64,000 nt of DNA from Gekko japonicus (taxonomy: Eukaryota), in assembly GCF_001447785.1 (NCBI RefSeq), contig NW_015163605.1, positions 212,787-276,786 on the forward strand, written 5' to 3'. The notes below the pieces were generated by a model. The model had not been told where the DNA came from and made no database searches. It worked only from the letters and a program-made list of their open reading frames with translations. Positions 1 to 13,100 of the stretch are shown one piece after another. How positions within the stretch are numbered: position 1 is the first letter of the stretch; each line of letters starts with the position of its first letter. The position numbers and the translations under genes are program-made.

Positions 1-1006
1 ATAACACAGGATGAGCATTAACATTTCTGTAGGCCACCTAACTACAAAGTGCAAAACGTATGCCAAAATTAGACCTAGTCAAGAATTAACACGAAGTTGC
101 TGATATTGAAAGTTTCATTGTCCAGAAAAAGATTACCCTGAAATTACTTGTGCAGATTGTGCTCTCACTGATAGTGTTTGTGTGGGTTTCTTTCTTTTTT
201 TTGCTTCTTCTAATGCTGTTTTCTGAAAACCTCTTTCATTCTGTAGTGTTTTTTTTTGTATAGTCCTGACTAGCAGCTAAAAACAACAACCCTAAAAGAA
301 ATGAAATGTAAACAATAGGCACCTCCTGTAGAAGAAACCCCCATAAATCCTGGGGTTTATTTAAGTGGTCACGATGCATTACTGTAGTAAGGCAAATGCA
401 TTTAAGAGATGACTTTTAAAAATATCCTGTTGCAGGGAAAGGCTTTTACTACTCCCTGAATACTAAAGCCGTGGCAATGTGTTCGTATACCTACTTTATG
501 CCATTAGTTTTTGTTTTTTGTTTTGACACTGGTGCTCATGTGGACTAAACATGCAAAACCATGGCAGAATACAGCCTTGAATTTGATAACGGAGGAGAAA
601 ATACTGCAATTTCTTCCATTAGCTAAGAGATCCCATCTATATATTCCTTGAAAATGGCAGAAGTTTTAGGTTCATAATTTATCAACTAGTTTACCGATTC
701 CTTCCAGTGCCTTGTGTCCCCCACCCCGTTTTAAAGATTTCTATTATGTACAAGACTTTTTAGTATGTTTCAAAATTAACTAAGTGCATACCATGTGAGG
801 CCCCTCCCAGTTGCGATGGCGAACGATCTCATTAATCTCATCTGTTATTTCTCCAACGGCAGGTACATTGTGCGTCAATTACCTAGGACATTTGGAATCT
901 GTTGTTGCTTACATTTGTAGTGGCAGTGCAGCAGCAGGGAAGAGGTGGCATTCTTAACAAATGACCTTGGAGTCGAGAAAAAGGGAGGCGGAGTCGTTGG
1001 AAACAT
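1..1006 (-). other. RAPGEF4: RAPGEF4 3' UTR / downstream region (end not determined)
   Basis: Follows the stop codon; AT-rich and free of recognisable repeats. Confidence 0.75.
356..361 (-). promoter_or_regulatory. Candidate polyadenylation signal AATAAA
   Basis: tttatt on the + strand, about 650 nt after the stop codon. Confidence 0.4.
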
Positions 1007-1134
1007 TTAAGCACGGCGTGGTTCTAGGCGATGGGACATCTGCGATAAAGTCCTCTGGTTGTCAATCACACTTAATTGCCGTACGTAACTTCGGACATCC
1101 TGATGGTTCTTATTTGCCAGAGATGCATCAGGGC
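1007..1134 (-). CDS. RAPGEF4: RAPGEF4 last coding exon (~31): (S)[41 protein letters not shown]
   Basis: TAG acceptor; TAA stop at 1007-1009; Epac C-terminus. Confidence 0.97.
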
Positions 1135-4100
1135 CTAAGGAAACAGAAATTATGTCCTGTTGGTATTCTTAGTTATAAATAAATCTGCACAGCATATACA
1201 ACTCTCTCTTCGCCACTAACAAAATCATATCTTTTTATTTGTTTATATACTTCATTCACAGTCAGCCTTTCTTGTTCAGACTCATGGTGGATCACAATTA
1301 AAAACAAATGCAACATTAATGGTACAAAACATAGAGCGAACAGTAAAAAAAACCACCTGGATTATGAAACACAGAATATTCTATATTAATATAAAATAAT
1401 ATAATCCACAAACATGCCCTATTGAAGTAAATAGACTAAATGGTAATTTTGTCTTGTTTTAATTAATTTAACTGCAATATTGCCAGTCATGCTTCATGAT
1501 ACATTATTTTAGGAGCTCAGACAACATTTACAATGTCTCAAAACTATATAGTCGGTTGTCTCCTAAAAAGACCCCAGGGCACTATGCAGTTAAAAGCTTA
1601 TGTCAAAGGGAGCAGACTAGTCAATAACCCTTGATATTAGAAGAAGATGGAAATTTTTAGTCATGACAGTACAGACATTACAATACTTACTGAAAGATTG
1701 GCTGCGGCAAAATTTCACTGTTCTGACAGTGTTGGAAATCATGCGCTAAAAGGAAAATATAATCATAATTAGATATACACAACTGTTCTGACTTGGGTGG
1801 TCCAGGCGAGCCCAGTTTTGTCAGACCTTGGTAGCTAAACATATGTGGAAGGGAGGCCACCACAGAATGCCAGGATTACCGCAGAGAGGCAGGTAATGGC
1901 AAACATGTTTGTGTGCGTGTGTATATGTAACAAAATAAATAACTAAACAAATTTAAATACTAAATAAATATAACCAACTAACTATACATACACACACATC
2001 TACCAAAAGATATTCTACAGGGCAGAATGCCCAATATTCCTTGATATGAGTAAAACAAGTCAAATTAGTTTATAATCTCACATGGTGTTCAAGTCACATG
2101 CCCACTACACACAGATGCCCCCTTTGGGGCTTTTCAGCACCCTGTTCTTGTTCCTGCTTAACTTCTTAGCTCCATCAGGTTTTCCCCTTCCTTACACGCA
2201 GTATTGTTTGCTGGTTACTGCTTTCCCAGTTTTAACCTTTTCCGTTGTTTTTTCGGATTATTTTTGTGGTGGTCTGAAAAAACATGGGGAAACTGGGGGG
2301 GGGGGAGCCCCAGTATTCTACTCCTACAATTTTTTTGCTGTAAGAGTGAGGGACAAAAATGGTGCTGGATTCAGAGAAAATAAAAATAACAAGTGGAATT
2401 AAAATACCAGGAAGCAACCCCCTTTGTCATAATGGATCCAACAATTTAGCTTCCATTTGTGCCTTCAAACTCTGTTGCTGGGAAAGCCATGTCATCCTAA
2501 ATCTCAACCCAGTGTGAGACGATGGTTACTCTGATTGAGTAATTCTAAACAGAATCATATAACCCTTTGAAGTCAACGGGTTTAGAACTCTGAACCCACT
2601 GAAGTCAAGGAGCTTAGAACTTTGTATAGGGCTGCACTGAGCTTGCCGTGAGCTCACCCAGATACATACACAGCTATCCAAGTTCAGGCTGAGGACAGCT
2701 TAGAATAGTGGCAATGGGCCAGCACATTATCTGCTAATCCGCTCCTAGACTAGGCTTCAAAACGTTATCAATATTCATGTATACCATACAGAAAAACTAC
2801 TAAGGGTTTCAAGTCAAATCCTTTTTGCATAATCTTTATGTTCCAAACCCGAAATAATGCTTGCCCCCTCTTTCTCCCCCTCCCCTTCATAAGGAGCAGT
2901 GTATGAACTCCCTTTGTCTGCATCCATAAAACCTGAAAACCAATATGCACAAATTCTCTAATCCTCATTTCACACCTCAAGGGTGAAGAGACTCAGTCAA
3001 AAGAACCAGTGGTTGATGGCGCTATTCTATCGTGCCACGGATGGAAGAGTTTGTGTGGCGGATCCTCCTCGGAATAGCCTGCGGCTGCTTTTGGCAAGGG
3101 CCATGGCAGTGATACTTGGGGAAGCACAGTATATAACGAAGTTGGTTGCTTTTCCTTCAGTGCAAGGTTCTCTAAACAGTGCTCGTCTATGTGCATATGC
3201 ATCACAGCCTTCCAAGAAGGAGACATGACACTGTCAGGAGGATTACTTGTGGGCATAGTGTTGCAGGTGGGCAGACCTCCACTGATGCCTCTCAAGGACT
3301 TTTTCAGCCCAACTGTGCACCCCACTTGCTCCAAATTCTGGGCAGGATGGGAGATACCAACTGCAATGGCAACACACCCCGGTGTCCTGGACCGAGCAGA
3401 ACCGATAGTCCATGGCTGGGTGGGGAAGCAGCTGTGTGGATATACCGAGGCATTGGATAATGTATGGCCAGGTGGAAAAGGCAGTACTCCTGTATGAAGC
3501 TGCCGGGTACTGAAACAGATCATCAGTCCATCAAGGTCAGTATTGTCTACTCAGACTGGCAGCAGCTCTCCAGGGTCTTTCGTATCACCATCAGATCCTT
3601 TTAACTGGAGTTCCCGGGGATTGAACCTGGGACCTTCTGAATGCAAGGCACAAGCTCTTCCACTGAGCCACAGCCTCTCCCCTGCATGTCTGAATTCTGT
3701 AGGACACTTCAGATTTATTAGCCGGCTAGCTTTTTAGGGTGCTTTTGAATATATTACAATTCCTTGTGCTCGTGTTGGTTTTAGAATTGTTCGTGGTGGT
3801 TACATTTTATTACGTAAATATTTAAATCAAGAATGCAGCAGTTAAAGGTACCAAATAAATAAATACATTTCAGCAGCCTTTCTCACTCCTGCATGAAAAC
3901 ATGCACTTCCCCAGATCCCCTCTTTTTAGAACAGTTCTGTCTAACCAGTTTGGTGTGGTGGTTAAGTGCGCGGACTCTAATCTGGGAGAGTCGGGTTTGA
4001 TTCCCCACTCCTCCGCTTGCACCTGGCTGGATGACCTTGGGCAAGCCGTAGCTCTGACAAGAGCTGTTCTTGAAAAAGAGCAGTTTCTGTCAGAGCTCTC

Positions 4101-7100
4101 TCAGCCCCACCGACCTCACAGGGTGTCTGTTGTGGGGAGGGGAAGGGAAAGGAGTGTGTAAGCCGCTCTGAGACTCCTTTGGGTAGTGAAGGGCGGGGTA
4201 TCAATCCAATCTCTTCTTCTTCTTCTCTTCTTCTTATTATAGCCTGTTTGTCATCCTAACAGTATAAGTGCCACATACTACTACTTGAGTGCTTAGGACT
4301 TCCTGCAAGCCCACAGGCCTTATGGGTGAGTCTGTAAATAGGGCAATGCGATCAAGTTTTGAAAATGCTGAGGTCAGATTAAAAAAATGAAAGCAAAGCT
4401 GGTTTGGCCACAGATCAAATGCCAGTCCTCCCAAAGAGCAGAAGAAGTGTTCAACCTGTACCTAAAGAGGACCGCTTCAGACTGACAGGGGATCAGACAA
4501 TATCCCCTGGTCATAAAAAGAGAGAGAAAAGATTAAGCTAGACCTCAAGTCCAGTAGCACCTTGGAGACCAACAAGATGTTTTTGGGTATAAGCATTTGA
4601 GAGTCATGGCTTCCTTCGTCAGGTACTGAATTCAGCTGTTCTACAGTATACCAACATGGCTACACTCTACACCAAGGTTCAGCTAGAATCCTTTCCTCCT
4701 GCCGTTTAGTTTTCTGCCTTCAAGAAATCTTTTTAAATAGAAGGTACTGAAATCTTGTCAGCCTCCACCTGAGATACAGGTTGAACGTATCATCTGTTCC
4801 TGGTGAGCAGCGGACCTCAGGCACAAGATCTTCATCACAAGTAAAAAAGAAAGGTTGTTGAATCCGTTGTCAAATGTGGACCATCCTTACAAGCTTCAGA
4901 GGTGGTGCTGCTTGCTCAACATGCCACATCGAATCCATTTGCTAAATTAAAATAGTTTTTAAATGGGTGTTAAAGCAGTACAGCTGCCACCAGCATTACA
5001 TTAGATCACACCGGCTTGGCGTGTAGGATGTTGCCCTCTAGAGGCTTATTGGAAGATAATTTTCACTCCAACAGTTTAAAGGGAGAGAAAAAAAAGAGAT
5101 CGAAACATACATTCTCTTAACTGATGGGTATTGAGGAAACCTGTTTTCTAAGGAAGCGGGGAGGTCAATAATTGCCTAACCATTGGAAACAAAAGTGATA
5201 CCTGCCAGCAAAATTGGCCACTGGAAAAAATGATAATAACAGAGAGATAAATAATAGTTTTATGAGAGATTCTGGTACGGCTTCACTCAGTCAGTGCTAT
5301 ACAAAACTAACAGGAGTGTAAGCTGGAATTAACGGTTTTCTTGGATGGCTAAAATTAAATTATCAGCTCATTTATAGCCTCAGAGTTACAAGTGCACTAG
5401 AATCTGAGACTCTTTGCAACTCTGAATAGATTGACATTTTGAAAGCTCCTTGCCTGCTCCTCGGCCCCCGAAGCTGTTCTTCATGACCACCGTAGGCTCA
5501 AATTCACACTTCCCTTTCAGCCTCTTCCCTGATGTTTGTGTGAAAAGCAGAAAGGCAGTTTCCAAAATTTCAGGTTTCTGAATGATAGGTGGCCATGCAA
5601 GCCTGACGTTCCAACACTTCCTATGCGTTACAGTGTAGGTAATATTTTTCAAAAACCATATCCAAAACCAACCTAAGATTTCAACCGGTTGTGGATACCA
5701 CAGAGAGCTGAGTCTTCACCTTTATAGATTATTATTGTATTTTCCATTGGAATATAGGCTACGTACCATTTTTTCAAAGTTTACTAGACTGTCGATGAAT
5801 GTCTTGTTCCCTTCATGAGTAAATGTCATGTCTGCAATGTAAAAAAAAGCGGAGCCCATATAACTGCCAGTAATTAAACTGTGACATTAAATTCAAGACC
5901 ATACACACTGTTTCTTGATGTTCATGTACCCAATTAGACTGCATTTGCACATAAAAATCAGTAAAATACCAGGCTGTTCATAGATATATAAAAAATCAAA
6001 GACTTTCCCCCACTTGTAACCACCAGAAATACTTAGATTTATGAAATAACCGTTTACTTTTCTGCTTCCATGATTTGTCAAAATGGAACCAGCAGTGTAA
6101 TCCTAAACAGAGTTATTTTCTTCTAAGCCTATTGGTTTCCATGGTCTTAAAAGAGTGTAACTCTGCTTAGGATTGCAGTGAACATCCCTCATGAGACAGA
6201 GATGACAAATTGGGCTTGCTGCATTGATCTTGCTGCATTTCCACTCATTACCTTTTAGAAGCAAAGGCATAAATGGAATTACGGGAGGTTCCTGCTTAGC
6301 CACAGTGAGTCTGTAGGCCCGATGGTTTCTTGAAGGGTCCTAAGAAAACAAAAAAATGTTCAGCCGTTTTATTTACAAACAACAACTGTTATGTTACATT
6401 GCAATGATCTTGAGGTCTAATTTTCGGAAAAGACTTCCTTAAAAACAAAGAGCCACAAATGACATCATCATCAGTTTGCCTATTCTGTATAAGTTACAGG
6501 TTCTCTAATTACAATTACAATGTCATTATTTCTGTCTGTTATCACATGGGAAAACTACAGGCATAGTGACAAACAATGTGCATATCTGAACAGAATTCTC
6601 TCATTTTTCTCTTTTGAGCTTCTGCTGGGTCAGCTCCTGTAAAGCTGTAAAACCATGACTCTGGAACAATAATGCACAATAAAATCTAAAGCCAGAATGG
6701 ACAATCAAGCAGAGATATAAAGGGACAATATAGTTTTCTAAATTTCCCAGGTCGACTTTAAGCAGGGCACACATTTTCTCAGAATGGGTTCCCTGAGAGT
6801 GTAATTTATTAGTCATACATGCCCATTTTATCAGCACTATAATGGGATCATAAACTCCTTAAAGTCAAACAAGGACACATAAAATGTTAAAAAACAGAGG
6901 AATTCAGTTCAGGTACTCAGAAACAGAATGGATCCGCGAAACTCTGTTGTCATTTACCATTAAGCTTTCAAACTCTGCATAGATCTTCTTGAACTTGCTT
7001 GGAAGTTTCTGTCAATAAAAAATAATTATATTTAGAACTCTTGTGTCAAGTCAAGGTTGATTTGACCCTGCTTTTTATGTTAAACAATACTCCCCCCCCC

Positions 7101-10100
7101 ATCAGCATGTGTGGCCCCAAGCACATGATTCTCTTTCCCCATCAGCCATGTACACGAAGTGCTGCACACCCACTTCCACATGCAAGGGCAGACTTAATTG
7201 TCACCACAGCTCTTTTAACACAGCCTTGAGATGGAAGAGACTGTTCCCTTTGCCACCCTGTTTGTAACAATGCGGCAAAGAAAAATACAGTAAGTCTCCT
7301 AGCAACCAGATTATAAATAGAGAGCCACAAACTTGGAACAGATTTGGATCCAAACCTGGGGGGGGGGGTGAGAATACCAAGAAGGGATAGATTTTCCTCT
7401 TGGTCCTCAGAAAGTTATATGGCAGCAAAGGAATCCGTTTCACCATCTGGCTTTCCCAAGAAATTTTCCGGTGGGAATTTCTATTTTTTACTATATTTAA
7501 CCCTGCAGTCATAGCAATCCAGCTACATTGTTTATAGAAAACCACTGCGTAGATTCTGGTCTAATTCTGGGACCGGGAATCCTAGTTCGGAGATTGCTCA
7601 AGGTAGTACACGTGCCCTGCCCCAAAGTTGGTGTTCCCAACAAGCCTGAGTGGTAGGTTAGGCTGAGAGAGAGTGACCGGCTCAAAGTTCAGAGAGGAAT
7701 AGGAAACTGAACCTGGGTCTCTCAGATCCTAATGTGCTTCTTGGGCAACTGTGTCATATTGGCACCATAACCCTCTGGCTTGGGTTGGAATTACTGGAAT
7801 ATTTATGCTGGTAATCAACGAACCTCTACTTCTCCAAAGGCTTTTACAGGGCAATCCTAAACCGAATTGGTAGTGGAAAGTGCTGTTCAAGTTACAGGCA
7901 ATTTATGGTGATCCCGTAGGGTTTTCAAGGCAAGAGATGTTCAGGGGCGGTTTGCCATTGCCTGCCTCTGTTTAGCAACCCTGGGATTCCTTGGTGGTCT
8001 CCCATCCAAGTACTAATCAGGGCCAACCCTGCTTAGCTTCCCAGAGCTGAGAAGGTCAGGCCAGCCTGGGTCACCCAAGTCAGGGCATGCCAAGTCACAC
8101 TTTCCTAAGTCCACTGAAATCAGTGAAGCGTATAAGGGTGTAACTCTGCTTAGGGTTGCACTGTTAGACTTACAAAGTTTTATTCAAGGTACGAGCTGTC
8201 GTGTGCACGCACACTTTTTCAAATACACTGGAAGGAAGGTAAGGGTCAAACTTATAGAACCTACGTTCCACTCTAATGTATTTGAAAAAGTGGGCCTGCA
8301 CATGAAAGCTCATACCTTGAATAAAACTTTGTTGGTCTTAAAGGTGCCACTAGACTCTAAATTTGTTCTTCTGCTTCAGACCAACACGGCTACCCACCTG
8401 GATCTACTGTTAGACTTGTTCTTCTCAAATGCCAGCCCATCATGATGTATGGCAGACTGCTTTTGAAACTGAGAGGAGTTTCCAATGCAGTCTGTGCTGT
8501 GGCTGGCAGTGCGTGTGAATCAGGCCACCAAAGGAGAAAATGTCAAGCATTCCACTGAGCCACTGCAAAGCCCTCACAGGAGCATAAATTCCCGCTAGAT
8601 CTGTAGAAGTTCCAAACAAAGCAGCAACAAAGGTAATGGACCAAATCGAAGTCAGTATTTGTAAGCTTCCTGTGCAACCCTATGCAGAGTTAGTCCAGTC
8701 TAAGCCTGCTGAAGTCAATGGTCTTGGACTGGAGTAGCACTGCGTAGGACTGCACTGCTGCTGGCCAGTGGGAACTTACCTCCCATGTCAGGGTGAGGCG
8801 GCTCACAGCAACATTGCTTAGCCCCATGATTACAGCAAAAAAAGAATTCAGGTTTTTGTATTCCTTGCAGCTGAAACAGAAGAGATGGGCAGAGTTAACA
8901 TAAAAGAGTAAGAAGTTGAGAAAGAGGAAACATAATGAAAGGATTTTTTTTTTTTTTGCAAAGTGTGGCACTTTCATGCACACTGAATACTGCACTTTGC
9001 AACTGGATTTTACTGTGTAAAATGTCAAGTCACTTGCAAATGACTACTAAAGTGAATTGAAAGTGGACTGAAAGTGCATTATTCAGCATGTGTGAAAACG
9101 CTAACAGTGGAACACAGATTGCAGAAGCACTTGCATGAAGAGTTGCTTGCCTAAGGGCAAGGCAAGGGCACTAACTGATCTTGCATTTGCCAAATGAGAG
9201 GAAAAAGAGGTCGTAGTCACTGGATGTGTCGAACCACGTTAGGAGGTAGAGCTGTCCAGCCGAACATTCCTCCCTTCTTAAAGCAGTCGCCTGGGAATCA
9301 GTTGCTGATGAAGGACTTGTTTGTAAGTAGGGATGAAATCAAAAAACACAAACTGGGAAAGTCGCTATCATATGCAAAAATGTGTATTAGAATAGCAAAC
9401 ACATCAAGTGTGCAAATGGAAATACATTTATAAGACATACAATATTACAAACCAATTACAGTGTCAACAGTTTTCCAACAATTTACAGTCCAACAGTATC
9501 AACAAATTACGAAGGGTTCGGCTTCAACTTCATTTCAATGGAAAACTCATCAGAAGTGATTACCAGCAACCATTATGTATTTGAATCCTATTTTTGCAGA
9601 TGAACAGAACATTCTCTATGTTACTATGCAGTATACTATTTGGGACTAGCCCTTCAATAGGCTTAAAAACTTTTTATACGTGGGCAAATCTCTATGTGGA
9701 GTTCTTACAGCAACTAAATGCTTCTAACAGTGACATATAATTCTTAGCACTGGTAATAATTTCTGATGAAGTTTTCCATCGAAATGAAGTTGAAGCCGGA
9801 CTCTTCGTAATTTGTTGATACTGTTGGACTGTAAATTGTTGGAAAACTGTTGACACTGTGAACTGTTGGTTTGTAATATTGTATGTCTTATAAATGTATT
9901 TCCATTTGCACACTTGATGTGTTTGCTATTCTAATACATATTTTTTGCATATGATAGCAACTTTCCCAGTTTGTGTTTTTTAATTTCTATATACTGGGAG
10001 GTTTCTGCTGTGTGGTTATTTGTAAGTAGGGATGGGCATGAACTGGCTCATGAACTAAAGGTCATGAAGAATTTTGGCAGATCAACTGGCATGAACTTTC

Positions 10101-13100
10101 GAGCAGTCCGTGGAGGTTAGTGAATGGATACACTTCCAGACAGTCTCAGCTCAAACAAAATGTTTTCCAAACTTCAAAGCAACATGGGGGAGTGGGATTC
10201 TCCAGCTTTGGAGACACTGTTGTCTATTTCAAACTAGTCATGTCAGTTTTAAGAGGCCCCCCTTCCCCTTAGCCAACATTCCTTTTTGTTCCCACTTTCT
10301 TGCACAGAGCTTCAAAATCCCACCCCCCTTGCTTGGATTTATGATCCTGTGCTTTTAAGCTTGCAATGCCAGTGGCACTGGGTTCTGCTGAGCATTCTGC
10401 ACATTGTAACTGGTCGTGCTGAGCTTGCAAAATCTCCCCCCCCCGGCTTGGATTTCTTCTGACTCTGCTTTAAGATCAGTCCTTTTAAGCTCGCAGTACT
10501 CTAGCGGCACTGGGTTCTGCTGGGCATTCTGTACACTGGGCTGGGCCTGAAAAATGTGTTGGACTTGAGAAAATGCCCCCCCTTCAGTTTGTACTGCAGG
10601 GATTCTCTGGTTTGACATCAGTCCTCTTTTACTTGCATTACCGCAGTAGCACTCTGCACACTGAACTAGTTATGCTGGGCTTGCAAATTGGGCTTGCTTG
10701 GATCATGATTCTGTACTTCGTATCAGTCCTGTTGAGCTGGCATTGCCACAATGGCACTGGTTCTGCTGGGCACTCTTTGCACTGGTACTGCTGGGCACTC
10801 TGTACATTGCACTGGTTCTGCTGGGCTTGCAAAAATGTCCCCCACCTTCAGTTTTTGCTGCAGAGATTCTCAGGGACTTTGATTCTGTTCTGTTGGGCTT
10901 CTATTGCCCTTGCTTTTTTGCTGGTTTCTTTCCTCAATTGGAAACGATGGAGGAAGAGGGCACTTTCTTTGGGGACACATAACTCAGTCCCCATAAATCC
11001 AATCCTCACCAAACTTGGACGGCAGATAGAGGAGAGTTAGCTGCAGATCACCCTGCAAGTTCAGTGTCTCTTGCACACTGGGGAAGCTGTTCTACTGCAT
11101 CACACACCTCACTAGTTTGTTTAGCTCTTAAAAGTTCATAACAGTCTGTGGTTCGCAAACCAGGCATGCCATGAACTGCATTTTTCTGGTTCATGCCCAT
11201 CCCTATTTGTAAGCATGCAATTTCACCAGATTCCCAAACAGCAGCTGGGTGTTTGTGGGTACAGGAGCCAGTTCACAGTCGTCTGCTCAACCCAGGATTC
11301 TGTGTCTCCATTTGAAAGTATGAACATGTATGTCTGGGCTCTTGACCAAGGCTTTTAATGAACAAAAATCTTTGTACTCACTTATTCTGAACAAATTACA
11401 GCACATCTTCCCTTGCTAACTCACATTCACTTTACATTTATTGCTCTTACCAAAAAAAAACCCCCAAGAAACCTGTTGCCATAGTAGCAATTTTTCTCGT
11501 GGGAAAGAACTCCACAACACTGAAGTTAATAGAAAGAAATACAACATGGCAATTTATACTTGGGAAATTTACAGACCTTCCCAAGTAGGCCGAGTAATAA
11601 GTACAAGCCTACCTTTTGCTATTTAGTTTACCAAAGCAGTGGTCCAACAAACATGGAAACTGATAGGAGAATGTCAAGCTGGCCTGTATGAGATCCAATT
11701 TCTTGTGACACTGGGAACCTGTCTCACTGCTCAACTCCCAAATTTCCCCCCAACTATCTTTTTCTTATCATGCATAATGACTGCTTGATATTTGTTAAAA
11801 AAAAATATTGGAATTTTAAAAAATAATTTATTTAGTAACATTCCCTCCTCTTTTTTTTGCTACGGATTGGGGGGGGGGAGATTTCATTTTCATTCTTTTG
11901 CACATAAGCTACTGCCCTCTACTGATCAGAACGTGCAACACCTGCTGTGTACAAACAAGCTGAAGCATGATATTTTTATACAGTCTAAAAAGAGAAGAAA
12001 TTCCTTTTACAAGTCTCTTAACTGGTGATGATCTTGAAGTTCATATTCGTTAGGCTTGGGATATTAATCCAAGTACTTTATAATGCTGACCTTCGATACA
12101 GAGTTATGTGTTATGAAATCGAGCTGGGACTGCAGTTCAGGTGTCAGGAGGGACTGTATCCAGACTCTGTTTCTCAGGATTCCTGGACCTTTGTGATTCT
12201 CACACAAATATTTAGGCCTCCAGACAAGGAGAGCAGAGGGGAGATACACAGGGATAAAGAGAGACTCTTCCTATGCTACACCCTCACCACCTTCAAACTT
12301 AGCAGTCTCTGCTGGTTCCACAGACATAGCCCCCACAGGTAAATTTTGGGGGGTGGCTGTGGTTGGTCGTGGGCCGTGGTTTTGTGATTCACAGGGAAGG
12401 CTCCCACAAATTACATATGAGTTTAGAACTCTCAGGAAAAGCTTTTCCCCAGCAGAGATTTCTTCAATATTGGTTCCATTTGGAAGGCCCTTTCTGATAT
12501 GGACCTTAAGATGTTTGCCTGTTGCTATTTTATTGGTTATTTATCTAAGTATCTATATCCCAAACTGAGTTACAACACTGTTCTCCCGTCCTCTACTTTA
12601 TCCTCACAACAAACTCCCTGTGAGGTAGGTCAGTCTGAGAGTGTATGTCTGGCCCAAAGTTACCCAGTGAACTTGTCCGACACTCTAACTGCTATGCAAC
12701 ACCTGGTCTTACTGGCATTAATACAACAGCCCTTGATTGTTGAGTATTTTGTCATATGGGATGCTGTATTATCTATTAACATGGACAAAGCTGAGAACAC
12801 TCAGCAACCCATATAGTTAAGTACTACTTACAGTGAAGACACTGCTGTTTTAGAAAATTTAGACTCTACAAATGGTCCCAGGATATATTTTTTTTAGCTG
12901 AGAACACTCAGCAACCCATATAGTTTACTGCTTACAGTGAAGACACTGCTGTTTTAGAGAATTTGGACTCTACAAATGGTCCCAGGATTTTTTTTTTTAA
13001 AAAAATCACTATTTACCCATTCATAATTTTTAAAATACTGCTTTATAGCATACCCTTGAATATTCCTATTTACATGTCATCACAATTTTTGCGATAATGC

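Noticed and set aside
2983-3523. Cluster of overlapping ORFs up to 176 aa as a nested gene
   Set aside because: No recognisable domain or splice structure; it looks like decayed repeat sequence in an intron.
3945-4015. tRNA genes (here and at other SINE heads)
   Set aside because: A and B boxes are present but continue into SINE bodies, and I could not build a convincing cloverleaf.
10573-11040. 155-aa hydrophobic ORF with LHW.CWA repeats
   Set aside because: It arises from the minisatellite inside the hAT element; there is no transposase similarity.
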